DNA of 64,000 nt from Laetmonice hystrix (Eukaryota). Of the stretch, positions 1-13,119 are shown piece after piece. The position numbers and the translations under genes were made by a program. How positions within the stretch are numbered: the first letter of the stretch is position 1; each line of letters starts with the position of its first letter. The notes under the pieces were generated by a model. That model ran no database searches. It saw only the letters and a list, made by a program, of their open reading frames with translations, and was not told where the DNA came from. The stretch covers positions 6,078,001 to 6,142,000 of the forward strand of contig OZ249436.1 in assembly GCA_965235115.1 (NCBI GenBank). Direction: 5' to 3'.

Positions 1-880
1 ACAATCTAGTTATAATATCCAGGTCAAAGAAAACTCCTGATATCATAGGGGCAAGAAAAGTCATCTAGACTTTCTTTAATGGATGCATTCAGACATCAGA
101 ATGAGACTTTAAAAGGTCTTTCTTTCAGCTCCAAATTACGACTTGGGAAGTAATCGGTACTTTTTATCTGACATCTGACACATAGGAAACAGTTTAAGTA
201 AAGGGTACGTCTTGAAAGGTCCATATATACACGGTCATTTGTGGTCATCAAAGGGTCGGTGGGGGCAGCAGAGGTACCCTGATGAGGGTGACGGTCTGAC
301 AGGTGGGTGTGAAGGGTCTGACTGGTCCCTCCTCCTGCAGCCGGTACCCCATCACCATCCATCACCCGCGCCCACCTCCCAGTGTCCCCTTGATGGCACC
401 CGGCGCGGCCAAGATGAGCGCACGCATTAAGAACTTTTCAATCATGGCGACCCACTGTTTGTCTTGAATGCAGATACAATCAGTAGCGCACGGCTGGTAC
501 ACTAACGGCCTTATGTCGCGGCATGAAGTCCATTTTACCCCCGTATAGAAAACAGAGTGTAACACCCCACGCCCCGGGGTAACTGGTCTCGACACTGGTC
601 AGAAACCCCCATGTGTGTGCCCCGCAGCAAGACGCGCTTTTTCTTGTCATCTTTGCCGCTCCTTTCTCTGGGCTGCCGCCCGTCTTAAATACATTATGTC
701 CTGCTTAACCCCCCACCCCTTTCTTCTGTGTGAATGCCCTTCCAGTGGCTGCAAGCTGTCGCTTGCCAGTACACAAGGAGCCGTGCTCTAAGGTTACAAA
801 GGCGGGTCGTGAGGACCCAGTGCCTTCTCGTCAAGCTTAGGGGCTCTCTCGTCACGTTACAAATACACTTCTACCCACTC

Positions 881-1820
881 TACTGTCAGCTTTAGAAACG
901 GTAGATCTGGTACTGAACGATGGTAAAGTTACCGTCAGCTTTAGAAACGGCAGGTCTGGTACTGTAAAGTTACCGTCAGCCTTAGAAACGGCAGGTCTGG
1001 TACTGTAAAGTTACCGTCAGCTTTAGAAACGGTAGGTCTGGTACTGAACGATGGTAAAGTTACCGTCAGCTTTAGAAACGGTAGATCTGGTACTGAACGA
1101 TGGTAAAGTCACCGTCAGCTTTAGAAACGGTAGATCTGGTACTGAACGATGGTAAAGTTACCGTCAGCTTTAGAAACGGCAGGTCTGGTACTGAACGATG
1201 GTAAAGTTACCGTCAGCTTTAGAAACGGCAGGTCTGGTACTGAACGATGGTAAAGTTACCGTCAGCTTTAGAAACGGTAGATCTGGTACTGAACGATGGT
1301 AAAGTTACCGTCAGCTTTAGAAACGGCAGGTCTGGTACTGAACGATGGTAAAGTTACCGTCAGCTTTAGAAACGGCAGGTCTGGTACTGAACGATGGTAA
1401 AGTTACCGTCAGCTTTAGAAACGGTAGATCTGGTACTGAACGATGGTAAAGTTACCGTCAGCTTTAGAAATGGCAGGTCTGGTACTGTAAAGTTACCGTC
1501 GGCTTTAGAAACGGCAGGTCTGGTACTGAACGATGGTAAAGTTACCGTCAGCTTTAGAAACGGCAGGTCTGGTACTGAACGATGGTAAAGTTACCGTCAG
1601 CTTTAGAAACGGCAGGTCTGGTACTGTAAAGTTACCGTCAGCTTTAGAAACGGTAGATCTGGTACTGAACGATGGTAAAGTTACCGTCAGCTTTAGAAAC
1701 TGCAGGTCTGGTACTGTAAAGTTACCGTCAGCTTTAGAAACGGCAGGTCCGGTACTGAACGATGGTAAATTTACCGTCAGCTTTAGAAACGGCAGGTCTG
1801 GTACTGAACGATGGTAAAGT
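881..1820. repeat. Minisatellite, 49-bp unit with interspersed 41-bp variant, ~20 copies
   Basis: Unit TTACCGTCAGCTTTAGAAACGGCAGGTCTGGTACTGAACGATGGTAAAG; the short form lacks 8 bp (GGTACTGTAAAG). Confidence 0.97.
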
Positions 1821-3582
1821 ACCCTGTTCTTCCCGAGGGCGTTACATGGACATATATAACACAAACTGTACACGATCACAGCGTCTCGGCACCCTTAGAT
1901 GATGTATTGAATGGCATCTCTATCCAAAAGTCCGTAATACTAGCCATCACCTGTAAGATGAGAGTGAGCGATGGAATATGCTCATGTGGAAAAAAAGAGC
2001 GACCTGCAGGTGAAAAATAAGGTAGTGTTTTATAGATGACATGGTGCTGTGGAGAGGCAGAGCGTAGGTTAGTTTGATGTAACGTGATGTGTAGGCCGGA
2101 TACCCAGCCATGTACATCACCTGGTCTGTGCTGTGACTGGTGTCCTCCCTCCGATGGTAACTTACAGTGAGAACAACCTGGATCAATGCCTGTGTGTGGG
2201 CTAGCGGTGGTTGGGACCGCCTACCACACTCTGCCCACCTATACCTGCCCGATCAGTCCTCGATCACGGGGGGCCGTCTCACTGACGCTTGTAGTGCGAT
2301 CCGGTGACACTCAGCGGGCGGGGTGAGCGGGGTGCGGGGGGAGGGTGTACCTGGGGCCCTCCGCTCCCGCCGCCACCAGGGGAGGGGTAAAGTAGTCGGG
2401 TGAAGTCACCCGCTGATCAGGTGACACCGCCGCCGGCCTCTTGACACACCTGACGGGTAGTGATCACGATCGGGGTTGACGGACGGACTGACTTATTGTG
2501 TTCCGGGCCGGCCCACTTCAAGCCTGTCTGAGTTGTTTTTGTATTCGATGCTGAGCCATTGTGAGCGCGGACCTTTGAAGTTGGCCAACGGCGACGATAA
2601 TTGCATGTTTCGATAATTTAAGGGGGATTGGACATGACTTGTCGGGTGGCCGTCGTGGGCAGCCTACCGCGTACGGTTACCCCTAATCAAAGACCATCTC
2701 TTTACACAGGCACAAAAGCTGTCGAAAATGAGTAATTGGGCCTTTGGGTGATGCTTTCAAGCCACACTTAGCAACTTTTTATCTCATTGTGCCACCCTTT
2801 ATGTTGGTTGAAGAGCGCGTGCTTATTGATTTTGAAGTGGTGTAGACTCGAGGGGGTTGTATCGCCATGGGGGAAGGTCTAGGTGATGTTTATCGTTCTG
2901 AGATGGCAGCCAGCTATACACGGAGTCGTGGGGTTAAGAATGTCCGGCCTGGACCACTGACCACCACTACCCCCCGCCACGGTCACCGGGGTTGGACGTG
3001 ACCCTCAGTGACCAGTGGAGGGATCGACCTGGGTGGTGGACAGGTGATTGGCGGGAAGGGACCCACCGCCCTCCCCCAGGGGGCGGGTCGGGTGCTTGGT
3101 TGACGGATGGCCCTCTAGCTCCACCTGGCGGTGGTAGGAGACATGCTGGGGGAGAACGTCACTCCTGACACCCCCCTATGTCAGCGGTGCCGTTAATCAG
3201 CCGGCCCAGGTAAGTTTATATCGCCATCATTGAATAACAGCCGCCACTCTATGCGCAACACAATACCGCACTTAATTAACGGTCTGCACTCCTCCACGGT
3301 GGGCGAGGTTGGTGAGAGACAACGTCATGACGTATCCGTCACAGTATGCCGTCGTCATGTGTGGGTGTGGGATCGTGACAGTCGGCAGGGGATGAGGAGA
3401 CCGGCAGAAGATTGATGGCTACCGTCTCAGCGTCTGCTCTTGTTAGCAAAAGTCACATCAAAGGGAGGCCGAGGGACGGTGGCCTCGCTTTGTGAATAAA
3501 GACCTGCTACTGGATGGACGGTGGTTGGTAGGGGTCGGTACGGGTCTCCGGGGATGGGCACAGCCGCCGACCGGGCTACAAG

Positions 3583-4460
3583 ACAGCCTGGCCACGGCGA
3601 CACGGCCTGGCCACGGCGACACGGCCTGATCCCGGCGACACACCCTGACCATGGCGACACAGCCTGACCACGGCGACACAGCCTGACCACGGCAACACAG
3701 ACTGACCATGGCAACACAGCGACACACCCTGACCACGGCGACACGGCCTGGCCACGGCGACACGGCCTGGCCACGGCAACACAGCCTGACCACGGCGACA
3801 CAGCCTGGCCACGGCGACACAGCGACACAGCCTGACCACGGCGACACAGCGACACAGCCTGACCACGGCGACACAGCCTGATCACGGCGACACAGCCTGA
3901 CCACGGCGACACAGCGACACAGCCTGACCACGGCGACACAGCGACACAGCCTGGCCACGGCGACACGGCCTGACCACGGCGACACAGCGACACAGCCTGG
4001 CCACGGCAACACAGCCTGGCCACGGCGACACAGCCTGACCATGGCGACACACCCTGACCATGGCGACACAGCCTGACCATGGCGACACACCCTGACCACG
4101 GCGACACAGCCTGACCACGGCGACACAGCGACACAGCGTGACCACGGCAACACAGTCTGACCATGGCGACACAGTGACACAGCCTGGCCACGGCGACACA
4201 GCCTGACCATGGCGACGCAGCACACAGCCTGACCACGGCGACACACCCTGACCACGGCGACACAGCCTGACCACGGCGACACAGCCTGACCACGGCAACA
4301 CAGTCTGACCATGGCGACACAGCGACACAGCCTGCCCACGGCGACACAGCCTGACCACGGCAATACAGCCTGACCATGGCGACACAGCCTGACCACGGCG
4401 ACACAGCCTGGCCATGGAAACATAGCGACACAGCCTGCAGACCCCGGCGACATGGCGACA
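3583..4460. repeat. GC-rich minisatellite, 19-bp unit with optional 8-bp GCGACACA insert
   Basis: Unit GCCTGACCACGGCGACACA repeated with substitutions; source of the overlapping Cys/Arg/Val-rich ORFs. Confidence 0.96.
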
Positions 4461-5007
4461 TGTATTATCTGTAGTGTGCTTTAGGAGGTGGAAGACCAGT
4501 CATTGACTAACCCCAATTCTCCAAATAAAACGTATTAAGAAAAACACAAAACACAAACAAACTGATAATGTAGGAACCTGGCTTCAAGTTGGAGGTGACT
4601 CACTCAAACCCATTGTCCAATCAGAATAACGGTATTCACGGTATTGTACCTGTGTCTCCCCAACACAGATACTATAGCAACGGAACAACAGTAACGGAAT
4701 TCCTTGGTTTGATGAAAACTTGACCTCATTTATATAACCTGTAATGTATGTCTCAGAAAATTATAGGCCTACGTAACAAATCATGGGGATACTCAAATAT
4801 CTATCTATATGTTAACAGTTAAGCAACCCTTCAGGTTTTGTAACTTAGGGTAGAGAGAAATTAGGACGATCAGATTAAAAAAATTTTGTGTGCTTGTTTT
4901 GAAGGAAAGACCTTTACCAGTTTGCTATACATGTATAGCATGTATTTTGCTTAGAGGCAGACCAAAGTGGTCGTTGAATGATTAAAGTGGTGGGTTGAAA
5001 TCTTTGG

Positions 5008-5539
5008 GAAGTGTGACGTACCGATAGATAAGGGCAATGAGAAGTGTGACGTACCGATAGATAAGGGCAGTGAGAAGTGTGACGTACCGATAGATAAGGG
5101 CAGTAAGAAGTGTGACGTACCAATAGATAGGGGCAATGAGAAGTGTGACGTCCCGATAGATAAGGGCAGTGAGAAGTGTGACGTACCGATAGATAAGGGC
5201 AATGAGAAGTGTGACGTACCGATAGATAAGGGCAATGAGAAGTGTGACGTACCGATAGATAAGGGCAATGAGAAGTGTGACGTACCGATAGATAAGGGCA
5301 ATGAGAAGTGTGACGTACCGATAGATAAGGGCAATGAGAAGTGTGACGTACCGATAGATAAGGGCAGTAAGAAGTGTGACGTACCGATAGATAGGGGCAA
5401 TGAGAAGTGTGACGTCCCGATAGATAAGGGCAGTGAGAAGTGTGACGTACCGATAGATAAGGGCAATGAGAAGTGTGACGTACCGATAGATAAGGGCAAT
5501 GAGAAGTGTGACGTACCGATAGATAAGGGCAATGAGAAG
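5008..5539. repeat. Minisatellite, 33-bp unit x16
   Basis: GAAGTGTGACGTACCGATAGATAAGGGCAATGA; array starts and ends with GAAG. Confidence 0.98.
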
Positions 5540-6245
5540 CAGTGATAAACAACACACGAGGAATGTCCCCATGCGTGATGTTTTCTGTCAGCTCACACTC
5601 AACCAGAGTCCACCAGCAGAGGTCGCTACGATCGGTGGCCCCTGGCCGTAGTGATGGCCTGATTTCGGCTTGTTGACCTGTCCAGCCCCGTCAAGGCCCA
5701 CAAGGCCGGGCCGGAGACAGGCCTCACGGTCGCTGACCAACCATTGCCGCCCTAATGCGTTAAATCAGGTGTGCTTGTGGTCGACCGGCCGGGACATCGT
5801 AGATCAAAGGCGAGCCGTAGTTCATTAGGGCCGACATCATCGTATTATTCCCCCTGATTGCGGGCGCCCGCCTCATTTGACCCGACGGCCGACTGACCAG
5901 GTGGCGGGGGTGTGGGAGGACGAGCAGTCCGGGAGACTGCCGACACAAGATCGCATTCTTCATTGGTGCAGGTGGTATCTGATGTTAACGTCAGGCAACG
6001 GTACATGAATGCATGTACAGTTGTACTCCACGTCTACAGATACCTTACAATACATTACATGTAGTTACATACAAACACATACGTTCGCTACAAACATACA
6101 GCCTGTATATTCAAATACAGGAAATACACTCCTCCCGCCGAGGTGGCTATGGTTTTCTCCACATCTCCACATTGTATGAAAATTGTAACTGTTGTACAAG
6201 TTTCGCTTTTGGTTTCCCTGCTCCGACAAACATCATAACTCCAGC

Positions 6246-6324
6246 CATAAACAGATGTATCATTCATAAACAGATTTATCTTTCATAAACAGATTTATCT
6301 TTCATAAACAGATTTATCTTTCAT
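6246..6324. repeat. Short tandem repeat, 19-bp unit x4
   Basis: CATAAACAGATTTATCTTT repeated. Confidence 0.9.
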
Positions 6325-8477
6325 ATTCCTGCTTCCTAAAAATTCCATGGCCACTAGTCTTGTTTGAGGACATTTTGTACCAAGCTTTGAAACCGTAATT
6401 TGTAATGGGCAAACTTTAGGGACACTCGATTGAAGTAAGCGTGTCTTATTGCTGTTGATGCCTTGCTGAATCTGTTGTCGGTTATTGTATTCAGCAGTAA
6501 TCATATTACTGATCCTTCATGAAGGCAGACGGAGGGAGACAGTTGCCCTCGGGTACATGTATATATACTCCTTGTTGATTTCAAAGTAATTTAGTGAGCG
6601 CCACTGATACGCCTGTCAGTCGGTGCACGTGATCAAAGTGGCCAGCGTCTGCCTGTGTCCTGCAGGTAGATCTTGATCAGACGCTCGGGGCTCGTGTCTG
6701 ATTGAATGGCCGACATACCTGGGCTATGGTCTCGGCAGTTGGCAAGTCCTATACCTCTCTCATAATTAACCCGAATGTGTGGTCATGTCAGTTAGCCATC
6801 TTTATTCTAGTCCCACCAAGGAGTGGCCGATCCATCATTGGGTCGTGTCCAGGAGGCATGCTTGGTCTGACATGCGTGTTTGGGCCCTCAAGTGGAAGGC
6901 ACGTCAAGGTTGGCGCTGTGTGAAATAACAGCGAGCAGTGGGCCGCTAGGGAAGAACAAGGTTGCGCTACACCAAACAATGACCTTACTCGTCTCGGCAG
7001 TGTCAGTGTCATCGCATACCTCGACCAGGTGTCATCAATCAACCTGGTGTCGTCTAATACCTCCTGCTCCTCGAGAGATGGCTTCGGGCCCCCAAACTCT
7101 GCCACAGCCTTCGCCAAAATCAAAAGGACCTTTTGTTATGTCAGGAGACCCCTGTGGGTTCTTGAGAACCAGCGAGGACGAGTTATAGGTACCTGATCAT
7201 GTAGCCATCAGTCATGCCGTACTTATAGCTATATGAAATAATCAAATATTAGACTCCTCTAGTATGTATTATGGCATTCGTCCCAGTGGTACTTGGACAC
7301 GTCGGGGAGTCCCAAGTAAAGGTTGCCTTGCCCGGGTTGACGAGAAGACGCGGTTTCGTGGCTTGCACTCTATCCAAATCGCATGTTGTGCCTTCAGGAG
7401 GTAAAACGTATCTTGAAGCGAAGTAAACCTAAGTGCCAACTCCTCCCTCGACAACTTCTCGAGGCCATTCTTTACGGATGTCGTCCAGTCTGATGGATCA
7501 TTTCCTGCCGTGGTATTTGTTAGTCAAACGCTTGTCGATCATGTCCGCTGGGCAGAAACCAAAAATAGATTGAGATGCTTGGGTTAGCGCGCCCCAATTA
7601 CACCTTGGGCTGTTATCCACCTCAAGCAGCGTGTCCGACGGGCATTCAGACTAGTAATCCTTTATGTGTTCGACATTCCTAATAGGTGATCGGACATTTT
7701 GTTGTTGAATAATTAATACTCGAACAAAAGGTCACCGTGCTGCACGGTCGGGTCGGAGAGAAGTGAGTGCAGTGCACGAGGAAGTGACCACGGCTTAGAT
7801 TGTTAGTTACATGATTCACACACACCAATGATGTGGACAACGTCGTGTATTCACTCCAAGGTCGACAAATTGTAGATGACACTATATGCTTGTAGATATA
7901 ACATGTACACAAAATTATATCGATATTGATTATGAAAAACATTATTACGTATACTATATGTTATGAATTCTTTCTAACGTTGAGGAATTAGTATGATAGT
8001 TATACATGTACCTATCGAACTGATATACATGTATAGACCGATATTCACTTTCTATATGCATTGTTATAGGGCCGTTTCTGTACATGGGTGCATGCAAGCA
8101 GGCATATATTTTATTCACAGCATAGATTAGACGTTATAATTTCGGTGAACAGATAAAACAGCTGTTGAGTGGTATTTGAAGAGAAGGTCAAGGAAAGCAT
8201 GGAGTTGTCCATCGACTTGTCCCAAGGCCATCCTACGTCATCGGTGTAGATTTCTGACAGCGGGACCGCATTCATCACGCTCGGAATGACTGCAAATTAC
8301 ACCAGCATCATTCTAATGGCCAGCACCAGCAATAGACGGCCATAATAATGGCCCATTTGCATGGTTTCAACATAAGTCATTGATGGTGTGCGGTCATGGT
8401 TGACTTTATGAGCGTCACAGCCTGACAACGTCACTGGCCACTGGTCACGTGAGTCGAACGCAACTGCTTTTTGATAA

Positions 8478-9062
8478 GCGCCACCTTGTGGCTGTCAGGC
8501 GCAAGTTTGGCGAGAAAGGTGGCTCGCAGGCCACAGCCTTGTGTCAGTATTTGAAAAGTGGATTCATTAACTAGTGATGGATGTGACCATCATATCGTGC
8601 CAGGTGTATTAAATTGACATCTCGTACCGCCAATAACTGTCTGGCTATTTTTATGCTTTGTGTTTTCCTGTTTATGCGTCACAAAGGGTTATGTAGGTCC
8701 CCATTTCATATTTACACGGATTTTCAGTGGTAGCTGAGACCATATAGCGTCTAGACTCGGACCAACTTACCCAGACTCGTCACAGCTGAAGAATTTTGGA
8801 AATGAATTATTAGAATAAAAAGTTTGAGAACCGATTTGTCATTAAGTCCTATTTCCTGAAGGTGACTAAGGCGAGGTGGTGGAAGCGATCTACGCCTGAT
8901 GTTCAGAGTCTGACCTCGTTGGGCGTGTCTCCTCGATATCACCACTAGAGGGCGTCATCATTTGATTGAAGCCAGCACTGACTCCCAACTATCGTGGTCG
9001 CTTGAAGGCGCTGAGACTCCTGTCGGTGTCGATTTCCGGTATATGTCACCGTTAGAGGGCGC
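8478..9062. promoter_or_regulatory. Cluster of three CTCF-like motifs in divergent orientation (candidate insulator)
   Basis: 8478-8492 (minus) GCCACAAGGTGGCGC; 8942-8955 (plus) CCACTAGAGGGCGT; 9049-9062 (plus) CCGTTAGAGGGCGC; all near the CTCF core CCASYAGRKGGCRS. Confidence 0.4.
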
Positions 9063-9119
9063 CTTCTCACACTCTTTCCCTCATATTCCAATTAATCCAA
9101 GAATTACGTATATTGTCAT

Positions 9120-9227
9120 TACAAATATCATAGGCCTACTTGATGTGTTTGTAGGTTTGTGTATGTAGTAGTTACAAATATCATAGGCCTACTTGATGTG
9201 TATGTAGGTTTGTGTATGTAGTAGTTA
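9120..9227. repeat. Two-copy tandem duplication, ~54 bp
   Basis: TACAAATATCATAGGCCTACTTGATGTGTWTGTAGGTTTGTGTATGTAGTAGT twice. Confidence 0.92.
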
Positions 9228-9327
9228 CTTGCCTGCTTTTCCGTATTACGTGAATAGTTGTTTAAAGGAAAAATTACCGGGAGTCATAGAAAAGTGGTGA
9301 ATGAATGGAATGGTGGGTTCGTACGTG

Positions 9328-9913
9328 TTGATGATGTTGGCCCACCGGAGTGATGGATACATACATTGATGGTGTTGGCCCACTGAGTGATGGATACATA
9401 CATTGATGATGTTGGCCCACCGGAGTGATGGATACATACATTGATGGTGTTGACCCACCGGAGTGATGGATACATACATTGATGGTGTTGGCCCACCGGA
9501 GTGATGGATACATACATTGATGGTGTTGGCCCACCGGAGTGATGGATACATACATTGATGGTGGTGGCCCACTGAGTGATGGATACATACATTGATGATG
9601 TTGGCCCACCGGAGTGATGGATACATACATTGATGGTGTTGGCCCACTGAGTGATGGATACATACATTGATGGTGTTGACCCACTGAGTGATGGATACAT
9701 ACATTGATGATGTTGGCCCACTGAGTGATGGATACATACATTGATGGTGTTGACCCACTGAGTGATGGATACATACATTGATGGTGTTGGCCCACCGGAG
9801 TGATGGATACATACATTGATGATGTTGGCCCACTGAGTGATGGATACATACATTGATGGTGTTGACCCACTGAGTGATGGATACATACATTGATGGTGTT
9901 GGCCCACCGGAGT
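9328..9913. repeat. Minisatellite, 37/38-bp unit, ~16 copies
   Basis: TTGATGGTGTTGGCCCAC(TG/CGG)AGTGATGGATACATACA. Confidence 0.97.
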
Positions 9914-10214
9914 ATAGATACGTGGTATGTGGGTATGTGGGTGGGAATCAGCCCCCCCCCCGCCCGCCCCCACCCCCACCCCCCGCCGCTGGCTGGGACG
10001 CCGTACACCTGCCAGGTGACCCCATCACTGAGTTGTTGTTACCTTCACCACCTGACCGTTTTGTATTCGACCGATGTTTGTGTTGGTCGGTCGAGGGTCA
10101 GTGCTGGCCTTGCGCCATCGACTTTGTAATGCACACGGGGGCTGGCAACATCACAACTCATGTAGGCATGCTATTAGTAATTAATCTATAAATGTATGTA
10201 TGTCGGCGTCCTCT

Positions 10215-10320
10215 GGTAGATAGGTAGGTAGGTTGGTAGATAGGTAAGTATGGAGGTAGGCAGGTAGATAGGTATATATAGATACGGAGGTAGGTAGGAT
10301 GAGAGGTGGTAGGTTAGGAA
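10215..10320. repeat. Degenerate (AGGT/AGAT)n tetranucleotide tract
   Basis: GGTAGATAGGTAGGTAGG-type low-complexity sequence. Confidence 0.8.
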
Positions 10321-10610
10321 GTAGGCCTAGGTCTAAGTTTGTGGATGTATAGACCTATATGCAGACCCACTTGTATACGTCTGCCCCCCCCCCCCCCGCC
10401 CGATCTTGGCAACTGTCGATGACGTTTGTTGATAGAGTGCCGGTGACAAATGATCGGCCGACTCGCCACATGCTCGCCGACAACACACCGACTGGTCACG
10501 GAGGCACGCCGTTAGCAGATCACAGCCCGAGGTTCGTATGATGGATCGCCCGTCACACCTGGGCGCCCCGCGGCGGCGGCAACGACGGTGGTGGTCACAG
10601 CGGGCCTACA

Positions 10611-10766
10611 CCTCGACAGGCCGGGTCCTCGGCAGGCCGGGTCCTCGGCAGGCCGGGTCCTCGGCAGGCCGGGTCCTCGGCAGGCCGGGCGGGGCGGGGC
10701 GGGGCAGGCGGGGCAGGCCGGGCAGGCCGGGCAGGCCGGGCAGGCCGGGCAGGCCGGGCGGGGCCG
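10611..10766. repeat. Compound GC-rich repeat: 16-bp unit x4 then 9-bp unit x~6
   Basis: CAGGCCGGGTCCTCGG followed by CAGGCCGGG units. Confidence 0.92.
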
Positions 10767-11165
10767 AGCTATCCCTGACCCATTTGGAAAAAATGAAGGG
10801 AGGGGGAACAACAAACAACAAACCACAAACAAGGGCGCCAACAGGTGATTGGTTAAGCTATATGCTTTGGTCCCGAGCTAAGAAGAACGAAACGGAACCG
10901 TTTCTGAAAGGAGAAACTGAAGTTAACGAATGTCTTCTTCAACAGAAAGTTGTCAATTTGTGTCATGTTCTCTGGCCAGCAATACAGCCTGTGTCGTGAG
11001 GTATTTTCTTGTTCTTGTTGACATGTTTTGTTGTATGTTACTGTTTTCAAATCTATATTGGTGTTACTTGTTTCACTTCAGTCCAACACACAGTGCTCTG
11101 TTCCTTTTGACAATCAGTTTATAATGATATTGGGGGACAACATCACTTACTGTTGGTATATTTTA

Positions 11166-11649
11166 TTTATTTGAACTGGTGGGGTGGATCCGTTACTTTC
11201 TGCAGAGATCACTCAGGGTTTATTTGAACTGGTGGGGTGGATCCGTTACTTTCTGCAGAGATCACTCAGGGTTTATTTGAACTGGTGGGGGTGGATCCGT
11301 TATTTTGTGCAGAGATAACTCAGGGTTTATTTGAACTGGTGGGGGTGGATCCGTTATTTTCTGCAGAGATAACTCAGGGTTTATTTGAACTGGTGGGGGT
11401 GGATCCGTTACTTTCTGCAGAGATCACTCAGGGTTTATTTGAACTGGTGGGGGTGGATCCGTTATTTTCTGCAGAGATCACTCAGGGTTTATTTGAACTG
11501 GTGGGGGTGGATCCGTTACTTTCTGCAGAGATCACAGGGTTTATTTGAACTGGTGGGGGTGGATCCGTTACTTTCTGCAGAGATAACTCAGGGTTTATTT
11601 GAACTGGTGGGGGTGGATCCGTTATTTTCTGCAGAGATCACTCAGGGTT
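11166..11649. repeat. Minisatellite, 54-bp unit x9
   Basis: TTTATTTGAACTGGTGGGGGTGGATCCGTTACTTTCTGCAGAGATCACTCAGGG. Confidence 0.97.
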
Positions 11650-12811
11650 AACAATCACTGGATGATAAAATTAGATTCACCAATCAATAATCTCTAGGTC
11701 AAGTCCGTTCTCTGAGTCATGGTCTTCCATCCACAGCACGCGTCACGATGGCCTCATGGTAACTTTGATAAAAACGTCTCCAGTGGTGTCTTGTTGATAT
11801 CAGGCGAACCGATTGCTATATAGCTAATTAATCATCCATGCAGACATTTAGTTTTAGTTGCGTGGACAAACGGGCTTAGGTGTGTTGTGAACCCATTGCA
11901 ATATTGACATTTGAATATCTAAATACAGCGTTAAACGTTTGAAAATGATGATCTGTACGCCCTTTGTTATTAAAAGAGAAACATTCCGATTCTATTTGTT
12001 AACAAGGTTTAGAAAGAATGGTCTGTAAAAGAGGAGATAGATTCTATGCTGTCCATGACCTCGTGCCCGTGTACGACCGACGTTGTTAGGGTAATTGTCA
12101 GTCCAGCATATGGTGTTAGCGGTGAATTATTGCAGACTGGCGTGTTGCGAGCAGATGCTGTGAAAGATTCACATGCTGATGCAGTCACGTATTGGTGCAG
12201 TCACCTGAAGGCATCTAAATCCAGGTCTTCAGAACGCCAAGTATAAGCGGGGGGTCGTGTTTCATTTAGTTTCTTACAAACAGTTGCATGGTGGTAGTGA
12301 TTTACAGCAGACGCTAGCCTGTAGCTTTGTTTGGTTAAACGCTGGCAGCAGGCAGCCTGTCGGAATTGAGAGGAACTTGTGTAGATATCCAATCAGTAGA
12401 ACATCACCTCCCACCAACAGACCCCCGGTCTGCCGCCTTGTAGGCTTCTGGGACGTCATACATCAAATCCAGACACCATCTGTCCCCGAGGCCACCGTCC
12501 CATGTTTTTCCGAGTTTACTGAAGGTATGCAAAGCGCGCAGTTGGGGGTCTCTGGCGGGTTCCCGGTTGATGGCAAACAAATGGATGCGTAGCGGCATTG
12601 TGAACAGAAGGCGAACGACTAAGACATCGGGGTCGGGATGGCGGCAGCGCGGGCAGTCCCGCCAGTGGGACTGCCGAGTCAAACATACCGATTGTGATCG
12701 AGCCAGGGAATCAAGAGGTAATCAGACAGGGTGCGAGGGACACGGTAACCGCAATCAAAACGGAATTCTGGTCATATTACACGGAGACTGATAGCAGTCG
12801 GCAGACGTCGG

Positions 12812-13058
12812 CATTGTCCGGGGGAGTGGGTGCAGGTCTGGGGACATTGAAGTCCCCCGTGAGGTCTCAGGCCTACCGCCAGGCTCACAGTGTCCGGGGC
12901 AGTGGGTGCAGGTCTGGGGGACATTGAAGTCCCCCGTGAGATCTCAGGTCTACCGCCAGGCTCACATTGTCCGGGGCAGTGGGTGCGGGTCTAGGGACAT
13001 TGAAGTCCCCCGTGAGGTCTCAGGCCTATACCCAGGCTCACGCCAGGCTCATATTGTC
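12812..13058. repeat. Tandem repeat, ~76-bp unit x3
   Basis: TGTCCGGGG recurs at 12815, 12891 and 12968, each followed by GGGACATTGAAGTCCCCCGTGAG. Confidence 0.93.
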
Positions 13059-13119
13059 ATACATTCCGCCTCGATCATCGAGTCATTCGTCCTCTCTCAT
13101 CACAGGCAATTAATTCTTA

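Noticed and set aside
3207..3215. Perfect splice donor CAG|GTAAGT after a GC-rich stretch
   Set aside because: A single 9-mer is expected about once per two windows of this size by chance; no linked ORF or acceptor found.
3427..4461. Cys-rich keratin-associated-like ORFs
   Set aside because: A 19-bp unit cycles through frames; repeat artefact.
6700..7700. Possible decayed retroelement coding sequence
   Set aside because: Partial open frames but no RT, integrase, gag or endonuclease motif that I can recognise; BLASTX would settle it.
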